A DNA stretch of 64,000 nucleotides from an uncultured Desulfosarcina sp. (lineage in GTDB: Bacteria > Desulfobacterota > Desulfobacteria > Desulfobacterales > Desulfosarcinaceae), in contig CAXXWQ010000004.1 in assembly GCA_963674945.2 (NCBI GenBank), forward strand, positions 2,368,001 through 2,432,000. The letters run 5' to 3'. The position numbers were made by a program, and so were the translations under genes. The notes under the pieces are model-generated. The model saw only the letters and a program-made list of their open reading frames with translations, did not search any database and was not told the DNA's origin. This document shows, piece by piece, positions 10,441 to 20,248 of the stretch. Within the stretch, counting starts at the first letter, position 1. Each line of letters begins with the position of its first letter.

Positions 10441-10901
10441 TCACCTCCAAAAAATCCCTCCAGGAATCCATTAAAGAAGTTCCAGCGTTTTAGTGACTTA
10501 GTTTCTTCTTCAAAGTGAGGTGTGCAAAGAAATCTTTTACTCTCACCGTCATCTAAAAAAAATCCATCAGGGTTTCCAAATACGCACAACCCCACTCTGC
10601 ATTTGTGGCACATTCTAAGGTGTTCTTTGCAGACAAGTTGGCCAGTCCACGATCTGCCCGCTATTCTCCGGAACTGTCGCTCATTGATCGCAGTTGTGAG
10701 AGGGCATCCGCAGCCACCTTCGAAATAAAATACATATCTCCAGTTATTGGCGTAGATGACCGATGGGATCATCCCTCTTATATCTTTGATGGTTGTGTTT
10801 AGTGGCAGATCAGGCGGTACGCGGTCCAATATATCGTATAATTGAACGTAAGCAGTATTCATCAGTCCTTGGTTTTGCATAGGCATCTGTGGGATATTCA
10901 T
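10437..10901 (-). CDS. Cys/His-rich putative Zn-binding protein
   Basis: CGC, CKEH, CHKC…C, CTPH; start and stop overlap both neighbours. Confidence 0.7.
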   Translation of the reverse strand: MNIPQMPMQNQGLMNTAYVQLYDILDRVPPDLPLNTTIKDIRGMIPSVIYANNWRYVFYFEGGCGCPLTTAINERQFRRIAGRSWTGQLVCKEHLRMCHKCRVGLCVFGNPDGFFLDDGESKRFLCTPHFEEETKSLKRWNFFNGFLEGFFGGE

Positions 10902-11443
10902 CGCGAACCTCCAAATCCGAAAAATCTCAGAAATCTTTTGATTGGGTCTTCGTCTTCATCCTCATCCTCATAATCATCGCTGCTGTTGTATCCGCCGCCG
11001 TATCGGTTTGATTTTGCATCAGCTTTTAGTCGATCCATCACTTTGCGCAGCTCTGGGTTGAATTCATCATCCGCTGGTCTTACTGACAAGTGTTCATCGT
11101 CTTCATCGTCACCCTTATCCTCATTATCCTCAGTCTCAATCTTGATCTGGTTTTCATCATCGTATTCATCGATCTCCCTGTAGAACCCTATCTCATAGCT
11201 TCCGTCCCACATGTTTTGGATTGACCAGCACGGTTCGATTTCACCCGAAATGTCATTTTCAACATGCACATCCACGTCTTCCTGATCGTCATCAGATATC
11301 AGCTCGGTGCTCTCGTCAGCCTCGACCTCGAACTCAACATCCTCGTCAAGATCTCTGTCACCGTCTTCATCTGAATCAATCTCCCAGTCGGCCTCGAAAT
11401 CGTCGTCACAGTCCATGTCATTGGAATCATAATCAAAGTCCAT
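10898..11443 (-). CDS. Highly acidic 181-aa protein
   Basis: RBS AGAGG before the ATG at 11443; ~40% D+E by manual count; basic/aromatic C-terminal tail PIKRFLRFFGFGGSR. Confidence 0.7.
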   Translation of the reverse strand: MDFDYDSNDMDCDDDFEADWEIDSDEDGDRDLDEDVEFEVEADESTELISDDDQEDVDVHVENDISGEIEPCWSIQNMWDGSYEIGFYREIDEYDDENQIKIETEDNEDKGDDEDDEHLSVRPADDEFNPELRKVMDRLKADAKSNRYGGGYNSSDDYEDEDEDEDPIKRFLRFFGFGGSR

Positions 11444-11529
11444 TTTTGTTTCCTCTCTTGATTCAAAGTTGGATATTCTGATATATTCAAGGGTCATATC
11501 GTTGTGCGATCTTTTTTTGTTCAAGAAAG

Positions 11530-12138
11530 GTGTATAAAGTGCCGGAATATTTGGAAAGATACAGAGAAATATATTTGAGTATTACAGCTTATGTTGTCGA
11601 TAAAAATCAGTTTGATAACTATCAGTTGGATAGATATTATAATGAAGCTAATAGGTTATTACATTACATAATCGATACTCGTGCAGAGAGGAGTTTCGAA
11701 CATAACAAGGCTTTAATTATAAGAAATTGTAAAAAAAATGCCGTGGCACATGCATTCAATGTACCGCAAAGAGATCAAAAGTTAGACTCCATTGATGATT
11801 ATTTTAATCTTAAATATGAAACGAGTTACGTCGTTCCAAATAAAAACCCTGAAGAAATACTTATCCGAAGAGAAGAAATAGAAAAGAAGATATTTATCTG
11901 TAGAGAACAGAACAGACTATTAAGCAGATTCCTTCCTAATTTGTCAGTAGAGGAAAGGAAAATATATCGGTTAAGACTATACAAGGATATGGCGTATCAA
12001 AAAATAGCTGAAAAAGTTAAGATTCCTTGGGCGACAGTTCGCAGGCGATATCTTAAAATTATGGCGAAGCTTAAAGATTACTATATGGAAATAGATGAAC
12101 AGACCAGAGCCGACAAGATTGCGGAGGCAGCGTCATGA
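11530..12138 (+). CDS. ECF-like sigma factor / sigma-70 region-4 protein
   Basis: C-terminal LSVEERKIYRLRLYKDMAYQKIAEKVKIPWATVRRRY matches the region-4 HTH pattern; ATGA-coupled to an anti-sigma gene. Confidence 0.75.
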   Translation: MYKVPEYLERYREIYLSITAYVVDKNQFDNYQLDRYYNEANRLLHYIIDTRAERSFEHNKALIIRNCKKNAVAHAFNVPQRDQKLDSIDDYFNLKYETSYVVPNKNPEEILIRREEIEKKIFICREQNRLLSRFLPNLSVEERKIYRLRLYKDMAYQKIAEKVKIPWATVRRRYLKIMAKLKDYYMEIDEQTRADKIAEAAS

Positions 12139-12767
12139 ACTGTAAAGATATGACAAAAGAAGAATTAGATGAGCTTTTGGTCAAGTATGTTACAGAAGAA
12201 CTTGACGAGTCCGATGTTGAAGACATTGAGATGCATATATTTGATTGCGATGAATGTTCAAAGCAGGTTCTTGCCATCTCGAAAGTCATGCGTATATCAA
12301 AACAAAATTTTATTTATGAAGACCTATGCGCAGCTTATGACAATAAAGAATGGCAGGATGTCATCCGGCTTGGTGATGAGCTTGAGGGACTGGGATATGC
12401 TGAGAGTGTGCACCCGACATTAGAAAAAATCCGAATCGCTGAATCTGAACTGAAATTAACAAAGTCGGATCATCGTAATATAGAATCTCGTGGCCAAAAC
12501 ATTATCTCCCTGATAATCGATGATGTTGAAGAGAGATATACATGGGAAAACGATGAGATAGTGCATCTGGTTGATAATGATGACAAAAAAGAGCTCAAAA
12601 TCATTATTGATAATGAGATTATAGTCGATTTAACATTACCTGAAAAGGAAGAATTGTTAGAATTAGAAGATCAATCAGAGGGCAAGCTTCATTTTGAGAG
12701 TGAAGACTTTACTATAAATATTTATCTGGGAATGTTTGATTATAAGATTGTAATAACAAAAAAATAA
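12135..12767 (+). CDS. zf-HC2 (ZAS) anti-sigma-like protein, no TM helix
   Basis: MNC…LLVKYVTEEL…IEMHIFDCDEC (HxxxCxxC). Confidence 0.8.
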   Translation: MNCKDMTKEELDELLVKYVTEELDESDVEDIEMHIFDCDECSKQVLAISKVMRISKQNFIYEDLCAAYDNKEWQDVIRLGDELEGLGYAESVHPTLEKIRIAESELKLTKSDHRNIESRGQNIISLIIDDVEERYTWENDEIVHLVDNDDKKELKIIIDNEIIVDLTLPEKEELLELEDQSEGKLHFESEDFTINIYLGMFDYKIVITKK

Positions 12768-12789
12768 AGTCTATACTTTTAAAAATTTT

Positions 12790-14319
12790 ATGAAAAATAT
12801 ATATTCCCCATTTAGAGACTCAATAACATCTGAAAATAATGCTTCTATTACAAATACTTTAAAAAGGGTAAAAGGTAAATATATCCCCAATAGTTGCTTT
12901 ATCCTAATCAATGCAAACTTTCACGATTATTTAACAGATATAAATTCCTCTGAATTGAAAAATCACAATGAAATATTATTTAATACTCAAAATGAAATTA
13001 GCAGGAGTTTGATCCATGAGTTTATGCATTGTTTTCATACAATGACATCTCCACTTGGAGCGATCAATATAATATGTAGCGAAAAACAAAATTACTGGCT
13101 TATTGAATATCTCCAAACAATTGAAGAGTTTGATGGATCGCATTTTGAAAGATATAAAGATGAACGAATTTTAAATTATTTATATTCTAAAGAATTTAAT
13201 AGCTGGCTTAATTATCAAAAGGTTTTAAATTGTTTTAAAGGAGTTCTTCGAAATAAATTTCTACCCAAAGTAAAAGATTATGCCAATCCAATTCACTGGG
13301 CAATGTGTGCATTTTCAGATATTTATGAAGGACTATCTGGGCAAAAAGCAAATTTTCAAAATCTCTCTTATAAGTTGTCTGAAGAGCTTGTTATCAAGGC
13401 AGAGCAATCATTAGTTACGTCTCTGTTTTATTTCGGTAATGAAAAGCAAAAAGATTGGAAGAAACAATTCAGTTACAACAAAAATTACGACTGTGTTTTT
13501 TTAACAACACATATTATCCTAGAGGGGTATGCCAAAATCATTGAATTCTATATAAACAACAAAGAAAAAATTGATAATTGTGATAGTATAGATACCCATT
13601 CAGAAATATGGGAACAATTAGTAAAAAGTTTGAAAGGAATTTATTCTGTTACAGTAACAAATGTTTTAAACGATTTACATTGGATTTTGACAGAAAGAGG
13701 AATCCATGAATTTATTTTTACTTGCTTTTCAGCTTACGAAATAGCTTTGATGACAAGATTTCATCCAATTCTTTTATATGAGTCTGAAGATATTTGTCTA
13801 TCTGAGATTTTTATCCCCCATAGATATATGAAAGTGATAAATTTTTTTTCCGATAAAAGATTGTCTATCAGCGATTTTATTTCTGAATCAGATGATGCCA
13901 ACCAAGACATAATTAAAGCCTTGGATAAAATTTGTGCTGAGATCTCATTTTTAAAATATAGTGTCTGTTTAGAAAGAATATCTGATCTTTATGACAGCGA
14001 TATTTTGAATAGCGGCTACCAATCAATATTAGGAAAATTTTACTGTGATTATAAAAAGAAAGTAGATGTTTTTGGAATTGAAATCAGGCGACACCCGATA
14101 CATCCAATTGTTTTTTTTAATGATGTTGTCGTAGTTCCAGAACCCTTAAAAAACTTAATCACTGAAAATAATTGGTTGTTTTTTTCAATAATGGATTATG
14201 TGTATTCGATTTATGGATATAATTTGGTCTTAGGTGATGGACTTGAATTGACAAAGAAAACTATAAGGTTTTTTAGCAATATTAAGAATATTAGCTTAGA
14301 TTGGAATTACATTACCTGA
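12790..14319 (+). CDS. AT-rich HEXXH putative metallopeptidase; 3' end clipped by IS1380
   Basis: SLIHEFMHCFH with a downstream ILEGYA (candidate third ligand). The stop codon TGA lies inside the IS end (element starts at 14315). Confidence 0.6.
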   Translation: MKNIYSPFRDSITSENNASITNTLKRVKGKYIPNSCFILINANFHDYLTDINSSELKNHNEILFNTQNEISRSLIHEFMHCFHTMTSPLGAINIICSEKQNYWLIEYLQTIEEFDGSHFERYKDERILNYLYSKEFNSWLNYQKVLNCFKGVLRNKFLPKVKDYANPIHWAMCAFSDIYEGLSGQKANFQNLSYKLSEELVIKAEQSLVTSLFYFGNEKQKDWKKQFSYNKNYDCVFLTTHIILEGYAKIIEFYINNKEKIDNCDSIDTHSEIWEQLVKSLKGIYSVTVTNVLNDLHWILTERGIHEFIFTCFSAYEIALMTRFHPILLYESEDICLSEIFIPHRYMKVINFFSDKRLSISDFISESDDANQDIIKALDKICAEISFLKYSVCLERISDLYDSDILNSGYQSILGKFYCDYKKKVDVFGIEIRRHPIHPIVFFNDVVVVPEPLKNLITENNWLFFSIMDYVYSIYGYNLVLGDGLELTKKTIRFFSNIKNISLDWNYIT

Positions 14320-15970
14320 ATCAGTGGCCTAATTTTTGCTGTTAGGATTGGCGCGGGGCGATTGCCTCACACACCATCATTTGTTGATAATTTTTCTCAC
14401 TATTTTCAAATTTCGAAGGAATTTTGCTCCTGTTTCTCATTCTTTAGCCATAGCAAATCACCAAGCAAATGCCTGTAAAATTGTTCTTTTAAAAATTATA
14501 GCTACTTCATAGCGGAAAGCAAATTCAGACGAAGATAAATCCGATCCATCAGTTTGGAAAATGGATTGAGTTGGCCAAAGGATATGTACCATTTTCTACT
14601 TCTGGTTACTAATCGACCGGCCATATACATCAAGTCCTGCATGACTGTCCGGATTCGACGCCGGGTAACTTTCTTCCGGCGTATACCGGGCAATTCAGTC
14701 GGATCACTCTCTTCGATGCTGATTTGTCCGATAATCCGTAGCATGTTGTACGTCAGCATCGCCAAATGAAGAATCAAGCTATTGGTGGAAAAATGACCGC
14801 TCGGCAAGCGCTCCAGGCCCATGTCGGATTTGAGTTCGGAGTGAAACTGCTCGCTGGTACCGTGATCGTGATAAAGTCGAATCACCTCATCCGGTGGCAA
14901 CTGTGCGAGGCTGCACCAATAGGTATCGATCTGATACTCGGGGAACAGCAGTACTTGGCCCTTTTTGGTATGCCTTTCGGTAACCTCAAAGATGATTGGG
15001 TAGCGCAATGGATTGCCGTTGATGTCTTCAATCGTCTTTCCGATCCATACACATTTTCCTGAGCGGCAATGCTGTTGCTTGCCGGATTTTTTTGCCAGAT
15101 CAACCCACTTTTGAACAGATTCTCTACGCAAATTGCGTTTGATGATAAAGTGGACATTCTTTCGTGAATCGTCAGGAAAGTTGTCTTGACTGTCGTTTCC
15201 TGAATCCAACCTCATCAAAATAGGCTGATCGGTAATTTGCCTGGCATAATCCAAGGTGGCGTTGATAAATTCGGGGGTGTTTTTCTGGCAGTGTTGTTTT
15301 CCTTCTCTGAACTCAAGATTCACCAGATACCCCTCGGTGCCCAGGTAGGCAAAGATCGGAGCGAAGCCATCCGTGCCTTTGTAGGTTCTGGAAACGCCTT
15401 CCTTTTGAGTCTTTGAGTTGTCAAACGGACTCACATCCATATCCAAAGGAAGGAAATCACCCGCACTGGTTTGGATGGGTGAAATCGCCGGAGCGCAGGA
15501 TCGAACCAAATCAACGCCTGCATCCTTAATCAGCTTATCGGCTTGGTTGCCGATCAAATCGATTCGCTGACGCAATGTCGGGCTTGACGGGCATGCACGA
15601 TTGCCAATGGCCTTGTTGAAAAATTCTTGCTTCTCACGAAAAATCTCGATCGCATCGTAATCAGGTTTACCAATACTCATGAGAGCAATCATCGAAGCTA
15701 AAATGTCACCATGAGAAATTTTCGGGTCTACACAATGGACGCCGTTGATCTTTTCGAAACGGAACCTGAAATTTATCGCATCAAGTAATGCGCCGATATT
15801 GATCAATCCGCTATGACTGGCAAGTTTTTCCATCTCGTGTTTTATGGTGATCGGACGCCGCATTGATTTCACCTCCGAAGTGAGCGTTTAGTGCCCTAAT
15901 ATTACCATAATATATATGTTTTATCAATTGGTTATAGTGTTTTAATCAGGTTTTGTGCCACGGAAACAGG
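14315..15970 (-). mobile_element. IS1380-family insertion sequence, copy 1 (1656 bp)
   Basis: IRs CCTGAATCAGTGGC / CCTGTTTCCGTGGC; flanking direct repeat ATTA (extendable to ATTACATTA); same length, ends and transposase as 48970-50625. Confidence 0.92.
14502..15872 (-). CDS. IS1380-family transposase
   Basis: LDMDVSPFDNSKTQKEG…YKG, RLDSGND, YHDHGTSEQFHSELK. Confidence 0.92.
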   Translation of the reverse strand: MKSMRRPITIKHEMEKLASHSGLINIGALLDAINFRFRFEKINGVHCVDPKISHGDILASMIALMSIGKPDYDAIEIFREKQEFFNKAIGNRACPSSPTLRQRIDLIGNQADKLIKDAGVDLVRSCAPAISPIQTSAGDFLPLDMDVSPFDNSKTQKEGVSRTYKGTDGFAPIFAYLGTEGYLVNLEFREGKQHCQKNTPEFINATLDYARQITDQPILMRLDSGNDSQDNFPDDSRKNVHFIIKRNLRRESVQKWVDLAKKSGKQQHCRSGKCVWIGKTIEDINGNPLRYPIIFEVTERHTKKGQVLLFPEYQIDTYWCSLAQLPPDEVIRLYHDHGTSEQFHSELKSDMGLERLPSGHFSTNSLILHLAMLTYNMLRIIGQISIEESDPTELPGIRRKKVTRRRIRTVMQDLMYMAGRLVTRSRKWYISFGQLNPFSKLMDRIYLRLNLLSAMK

Positions 15971-16083
15971 ATTACATTATTCAAGACAACAAGTTGAATC
16001 TTTTTTCTGAAATGAAAGAAATTTTAAATTAAAAATTTAAGTTTAAACTCAAGTAAATAATTGAATTATTTAGATATTTTGTA

Positions 16084-16128
16084 TTGACACTCTCCGTTTT
16101 GCGCCTTAGGATTGTACAGGGCGCAAAA
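16084..16128 (+). promoter_or_regulatory. Sigma70 promoter overlapped by a 9-bp inverted repeat (operator candidate)
   Basis: TTGACA-17-TAGGAT (16084-16112); TTTTGCGCC (16097-16105) and GGCGCAAAA (16120-16128) flank the -10. Confidence 0.65.
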
Positions 16129-16148
16129 TCTTTTTTAGGAGGTGTCTC

Positions 16149-16685
16149 ATGCGAACTTTTCTCTTTGTTTTCCTTTCCGTTCTTCTCATTCCGTCAATTG
16201 CCTTCTCGGGCGAGCTTCCAGATTGGGTTTACAATTCGGCTGTCAAGGATGGTGATGTGTGGCGGTTCTCAGGGTCGGTGCATGATGTATCGCTTTTGAA
16301 TGTTGCCATGCCGCTTGCCCGGTCTGCGGCACTGTCCAATCTGGCTCAATCTATTGGTGTGAATGTGAACGCTGCGGTGGGTCATGGGTATAGTGGCAGT
16401 GAGGCCGATGGGTATTATGAGACTGTTGATGTGAAGCATGGGTACATTCTCAACAATGTGGCGGCGTATGGGGTTGTGCAGAAGGAAACTTATGTTGAGC
16501 GTGTTGATGATCCATATAGTGGCCGCACCAAGTTCAACGTCCACGTGTTGCTTGAGGTATCTGATGCTGATCTGCAGAGGGCCAAGGCTGACTTTTCAAA
16601 GCGGTCATATGTCGCTCCCAAGCCCGCCATCCGTCCAAAGGACGAAGGCCCAATCAAATCATTTATCAGGAAGATCGTGTTTTGA
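16149..16685 (+). CDS. Secreted protein, LPP20-like
   Basis: RBS AGGAGG; signal peptide; PDWV motif, ARSAALSNLAQSI helix and beta-strand tail resemble LPP20-type domains. Confidence 0.6.
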   Translation: MRTFLFVFLSVLLIPSIAFSGELPDWVYNSAVKDGDVWRFSGSVHDVSLLNVAMPLARSAALSNLAQSIGVNVNAAVGHGYSGSEADGYYETVDVKHGYILNNVAAYGVVQKETYVERVDDPYSGRTKFNVHVLLEVSDADLQRAKADFSKRSYVAPKPAIRPKDEGPIKSFIRKIVF

Positions 16686-17409
16686 GGGCGCTGCTAATCG
16701 TCCTGTTGATATGTCCGGTTGCGTGGGCTGAAACCATCACTGTTCCGTCCGGCCACTTTCTTGGGTTGTCTGTGCCGTGTGCCTCTGTGAGTGAGGCTCG
16801 GGATTCGGCTCTGCAGGATGTGGCTGAACAGATATTGCGTACTATCGGTGCGTCCTACTCTGTGCGGTTTTCGTCTCGGATGATAGGGACCACTGAGCGG
16901 ATTTCCCACTCTGTCGATGAGCGGTTCCATTATAGTTCGTCTGGGTTCCTTTCTGAGATCGAGAACCGTATAGTGTCGCAATCGTATGACCGTGCGGATG
17001 GCGGTGTGGTGTACCGGATGCTTGTCCATTACCCGCCATCGCTTGTTGCTCGGATGCGGCGGTTATCGCGTGGTGCAAAGGTGCTGGCCACCAAGGTGAG
17101 TCCGGGCGTCTATAACCTGCGCGAGGTCAACGGTGTTAGTTGTGTGCTGACTGAGGCGGCATATATCGTGTCAGAGCGCAACCGGAATGCCGGATTCCTA
17201 AGCTATTATGTCATGAAGGTGTCCAGTGGTAAAACCCACAATTACACAAAACCACTAAATCAGCCTGTTACGCTTGAAGGTAAGGCTTCAAAACGGGTTC
17301 GGTTAATGGTGTCCTTTCGGCAACGGTGCGTAAGCAGATTTTTCTCAAGGCGGGGCTACGGTGCTGACAGAATGGCTACGTAGGCAGGGTGATAAGCCCC
17401 TGCCCACGG

Positions 17410-18969
17410 TTAGGAGTTGATTTCAGAGGTCTGCCGTTCATAATTCCACGGCATCCATTGATCCGGGCGGGCTTTCACCTGCTCTGAGTGTTCCCGGATG
17501 GCAACCAGATAGTCAAAAGGATTTGCAGTGCATAGTTCGCAGGTGTGGATCAGGCTCATAAACAGGTCACCGACTCGGGCACCACGTTCAGTCTTGTAGA
17601 ACAAGGCGTTTTTCCGATTCAAAATCGCTTTTTTCAAGGCGCGTTCACAAACATTATTGTCTAACGGGGCACCCGGCTGACGTAAAAACAGGGTCAGTTT
17701 CTCCCAGTGGTTGCACATATACTTGATGGCCTGGCCAAGCCCGGAGTTGGGCTCCACATTTTTTTCCTCGAACTGCTCATCAAACCAGTCTCTAAGATCC
17801 TTCATCAACGAACCGCTATGGTTCCGATGGTATTCGAGGCGCTGATCGTCAGAAAGGTTTTGCTCCCTGGCATCGGCATCGTTTTTATACACCTTGCCCA
17901 ACACGTTGAGTACATGAGTGCATTCGTCCGGGAAGTTATCGTATACATCCACGAAGCGCCGCCTTCCATGTGAGATGCAGTTGGCCAAAAGGGTTTCAAA
18001 ATCCTTGGGCACATTTCTCGACAGCGCGTCGCACATCTGGATCGGCGGACCCAGATCGGCCTGGCGCTTGGTAAGTAGATCCGCCAGGTTTTCTCCGGCA
18101 TGGTTGTTTCCGGTAAAAAACAGCCCGATTTTGTGATCGTCCGACACCGCCACCATGCCGCTGGTAAAAATGCCCTTTCTTTTGGCATCTTGTGTTTCGT
18201 TGACCAAAGAAAGAATTTTCATGGTGGTGTCGTCATTATGGATCAGCTTTGCGCCAGCCGCTTGCCGGATCAGTTCATCAAAGGCCGGGTAGGCGTGCCA
18301 ATAAAAATCCCTGACAATATCCCATTGGGTCGATGCAGGCAGCGGTATGCCGATACTGTCCTGCAGATTTTGAAGCCGGTAGAAAGGAAAGCCGTTGCCA
18401 TATTTTAAAAGAGCAATCATTGCTCCGGCGGATGCATCGTATTTTTCCTCGCCGACATCCCGTGGGGCATCGGCCGTAAAAATCTCTCCACACAGATTAC
18501 AGCGCAATTTTTCCAGCTCGTATATCGACGCTGTTAACGGCGAGGTGCCGGTGACACGGATGAGGGTTTTGGGCTGTTTATATACATAGACCTTGCCCTT
18601 GGGACAAAGCGGGCACGGATCTTTATGTTTAAGCTCACCATGAGACACCGTGATCTTCTCGGCACCGGTGTAATCATCAGCCCCATTTCGGCCATGGCCT
18701 TTTTTCTTGGCCTTGGGCGTTTTATCAGCGCTCTTCGGTTTTCGTTTTTTGACAATGGTATCGGTTTTTTCCGTGGATGCGCCGAAGATCATTTTCAGCA
18801 AGCGTTTGATGGATGCGGCTTTTTCATCCACACTGTGACTCAACACGTTGATCGTCTCGCCCATGGCCGCAATAGTTGCATAATCCTTATCCAAAAGGCT
18901 GCGAGATTTGACCCGATCGATCAGTGCGTTAAGCTCCTCGGCCGAAAGTTCGATGGGCGGCGGTGTCAT
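17410..18969 (-). CDS. tnpC: IS66 transposase TnpC
   Basis: Zn-finger CPLC…CNLC, HNDDTT, MCDA, CISHGRRRF, DNNVCERALK. Confidence 0.9.
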   Translation of the reverse strand: MTPPPIELSAEELNALIDRVKSRSLLDKDYATIAAMGETINVLSHSVDEKAASIKRLLKMIFGASTEKTDTIVKKRKPKSADKTPKAKKKGHGRNGADDYTGAEKITVSHGELKHKDPCPLCPKGKVYVYKQPKTLIRVTGTSPLTASIYELEKLRCNLCGEIFTADAPRDVGEEKYDASAGAMIALLKYGNGFPFYRLQNLQDSIGIPLPASTQWDIVRDFYWHAYPAFDELIRQAAGAKLIHNDDTTMKILSLVNETQDAKRKGIFTSGMVAVSDDHKIGLFFTGNNHAGENLADLLTKRQADLGPPIQMCDALSRNVPKDFETLLANCISHGRRRFVDVYDNFPDECTHVLNVLGKVYKNDADAREQNLSDDQRLEYHRNHSGSLMKDLRDWFDEQFEEKNVEPNSGLGQAIKYMCNHWEKLTLFLRQPGAPLDNNVCERALKKAILNRKNALFYKTERGARVGDLFMSLIHTCELCTANPFDYLVAIREHSEQVKARPDQWMPWNYERQTSEINS

Positions 18970-19859
18970 GCGCTTTTTCCTGCGGTAAGACGAGATCTGA
19001 ACATCTTGACCAGCGGATATCCCCAAACCGCTTTGATGGATCGGTTCGGCCGGTGGGTTTGGTCATTCTTCCCACGGCCGGTGGTATCTCCCAGGTAAAT
19101 CCAGTTGGCGGCGTTGTAACAGGTGCCGGCAAACCGGTCCTTGTCCACGAAGGTTTCCAGATAATAAATGGGATGATTGTATATCGCTTGCCAATCCGTT
19201 GGCAGGATACGACGCATCCGCCCCAGAATATGAGAGGCCAGGTGTGATACGCGAACCCAGGGCAATATCAAAAAGCGGCTGTTGTATGCCATCAAATGCA
19301 GGTTCGCCATTCGCCGATGCTGGGACCAACCGATGAACCGGTCACGGCATCCGATATGCCTGGCGGCCGATGACCAGGACAGGCACGCGATGGGCCGCTT
19401 TTGAGAATAAACGATGTATTTCAGGTGTTCACCGACCGGCTGGGTGTAGCCCAAATAATGGTACTGTTCCAACAAGCTGTTGAACAACGGTTCGGCATCG
19501 GTTCGGCGAACCTGTCGGAATGTAAGGGGGGTAATGGCTGACAGCTTGCTTTCTATCGGGCATCGCTCAATGGTGATGTTCTCAGGCTCTTTTCGTCTGG
19601 CCAAAGGATTGTTCGGGGTCATTTTTTTGGCCGGCAATCGAATGTGCCCGGCCCGGTGAAGAGCGAGCATCAAGCCCCGGCAGACCATATCCCGAAAGGC
19701 GCCGTTGGCTTGGCGCCAATCCCAGGCTTGGCAAAGTTTGACGGAAAGGCGTCTTCGGCTGTCGCTCGGGTTTCGGTCGATCAGCTGCTGGATAAACGCC
19801 GCATCCTGAACTGTTACGGTTTTGCCGCGGTAGGTGAGAATCGTTTCCATGGTCGGCAT
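18966..19859 (-). CDS. DUF4338 (DruA-like) domain protein inside IS66
   Basis: YHYLGY…GEHLKY, RDRFIGW, NSRFLILPWV…LASHIL, LETFVD…FAGTCYNAANW…G.T.GRG. Confidence 0.85.
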   Translation of the reverse strand: MPTMETILTYRGKTVTVQDAAFIQQLIDRNPSDSRRRLSVKLCQAWDWRQANGAFRDMVCRGLMLALHRAGHIRLPAKKMTPNNPLARRKEPENITIERCPIESKLSAITPLTFRQVRRTDAEPLFNSLLEQYHYLGYTQPVGEHLKYIVYSQKRPIACLSWSSAARHIGCRDRFIGWSQHRRMANLHLMAYNSRFLILPWVRVSHLASHILGRMRRILPTDWQAIYNHPIYYLETFVDKDRFAGTCYNAANWIYLGDTTGRGKNDQTHRPNRSIKAVWGYPLVKMFRSRLTAGKSA

Positions 19860-19891
19860 TCATAGCACACTCGTTACTGGAACGCAAGCCC

Positions 19892-20248
19892 CTATGCATG
19901 AATCTTTTTCCAATGCGGGGCGACCTCGATGGTGGCAAGGTCTCCGTTCCAAATCAGCGATTGCAGTTGATACGCATTGAGCCGACGCAAGACATCATCC
20001 GTGCCATTGGGCCACCAGGTAAACCGCCCTTTCGACAGCCGCTTTTGACAAAGCCAGAATCCCTGGCCGTCGTATACAATAATTTTCAATGCCGTGGCCC
20101 GTTTGTTGCGAAAAACAAATACGGCACCGGAAAATGGGTCCGCCTTGAGATGGTCACGGCAAAGCTTGGCTAATCCGTCGATGCCTTTTCGAAAATCAGC
20201 CGGCTCCACTGCAACAAAAATCCGCATGTGTGGCGTGATGGCAATCAT
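19892..20248 (-). CDS. tnpB: IS66 accessory protein TnpB
   Basis: DFRKGIDGL, VFVFRNK, YDGQGFWLCQKRL. Confidence 0.92.
   Translation of the reverse strand: MIAITPHMRIFVAVEPADFRKGIDGLAKLCRDHLKADPFSGAVFVFRNKRATALKIIVYDGQGFWLCQKRLSKGRFTWWPNGTDDVLRRLNAYQLQSLIWNGDLATIEVAPHWKKIHA

Noticed and set aside
18966..19859. Druantia defence system (DruA-like DUF4338)
   Set aside because: The gene is inside a duplicated IS66 with TSDs, and no DruE helicase or other dru genes are adjacent.
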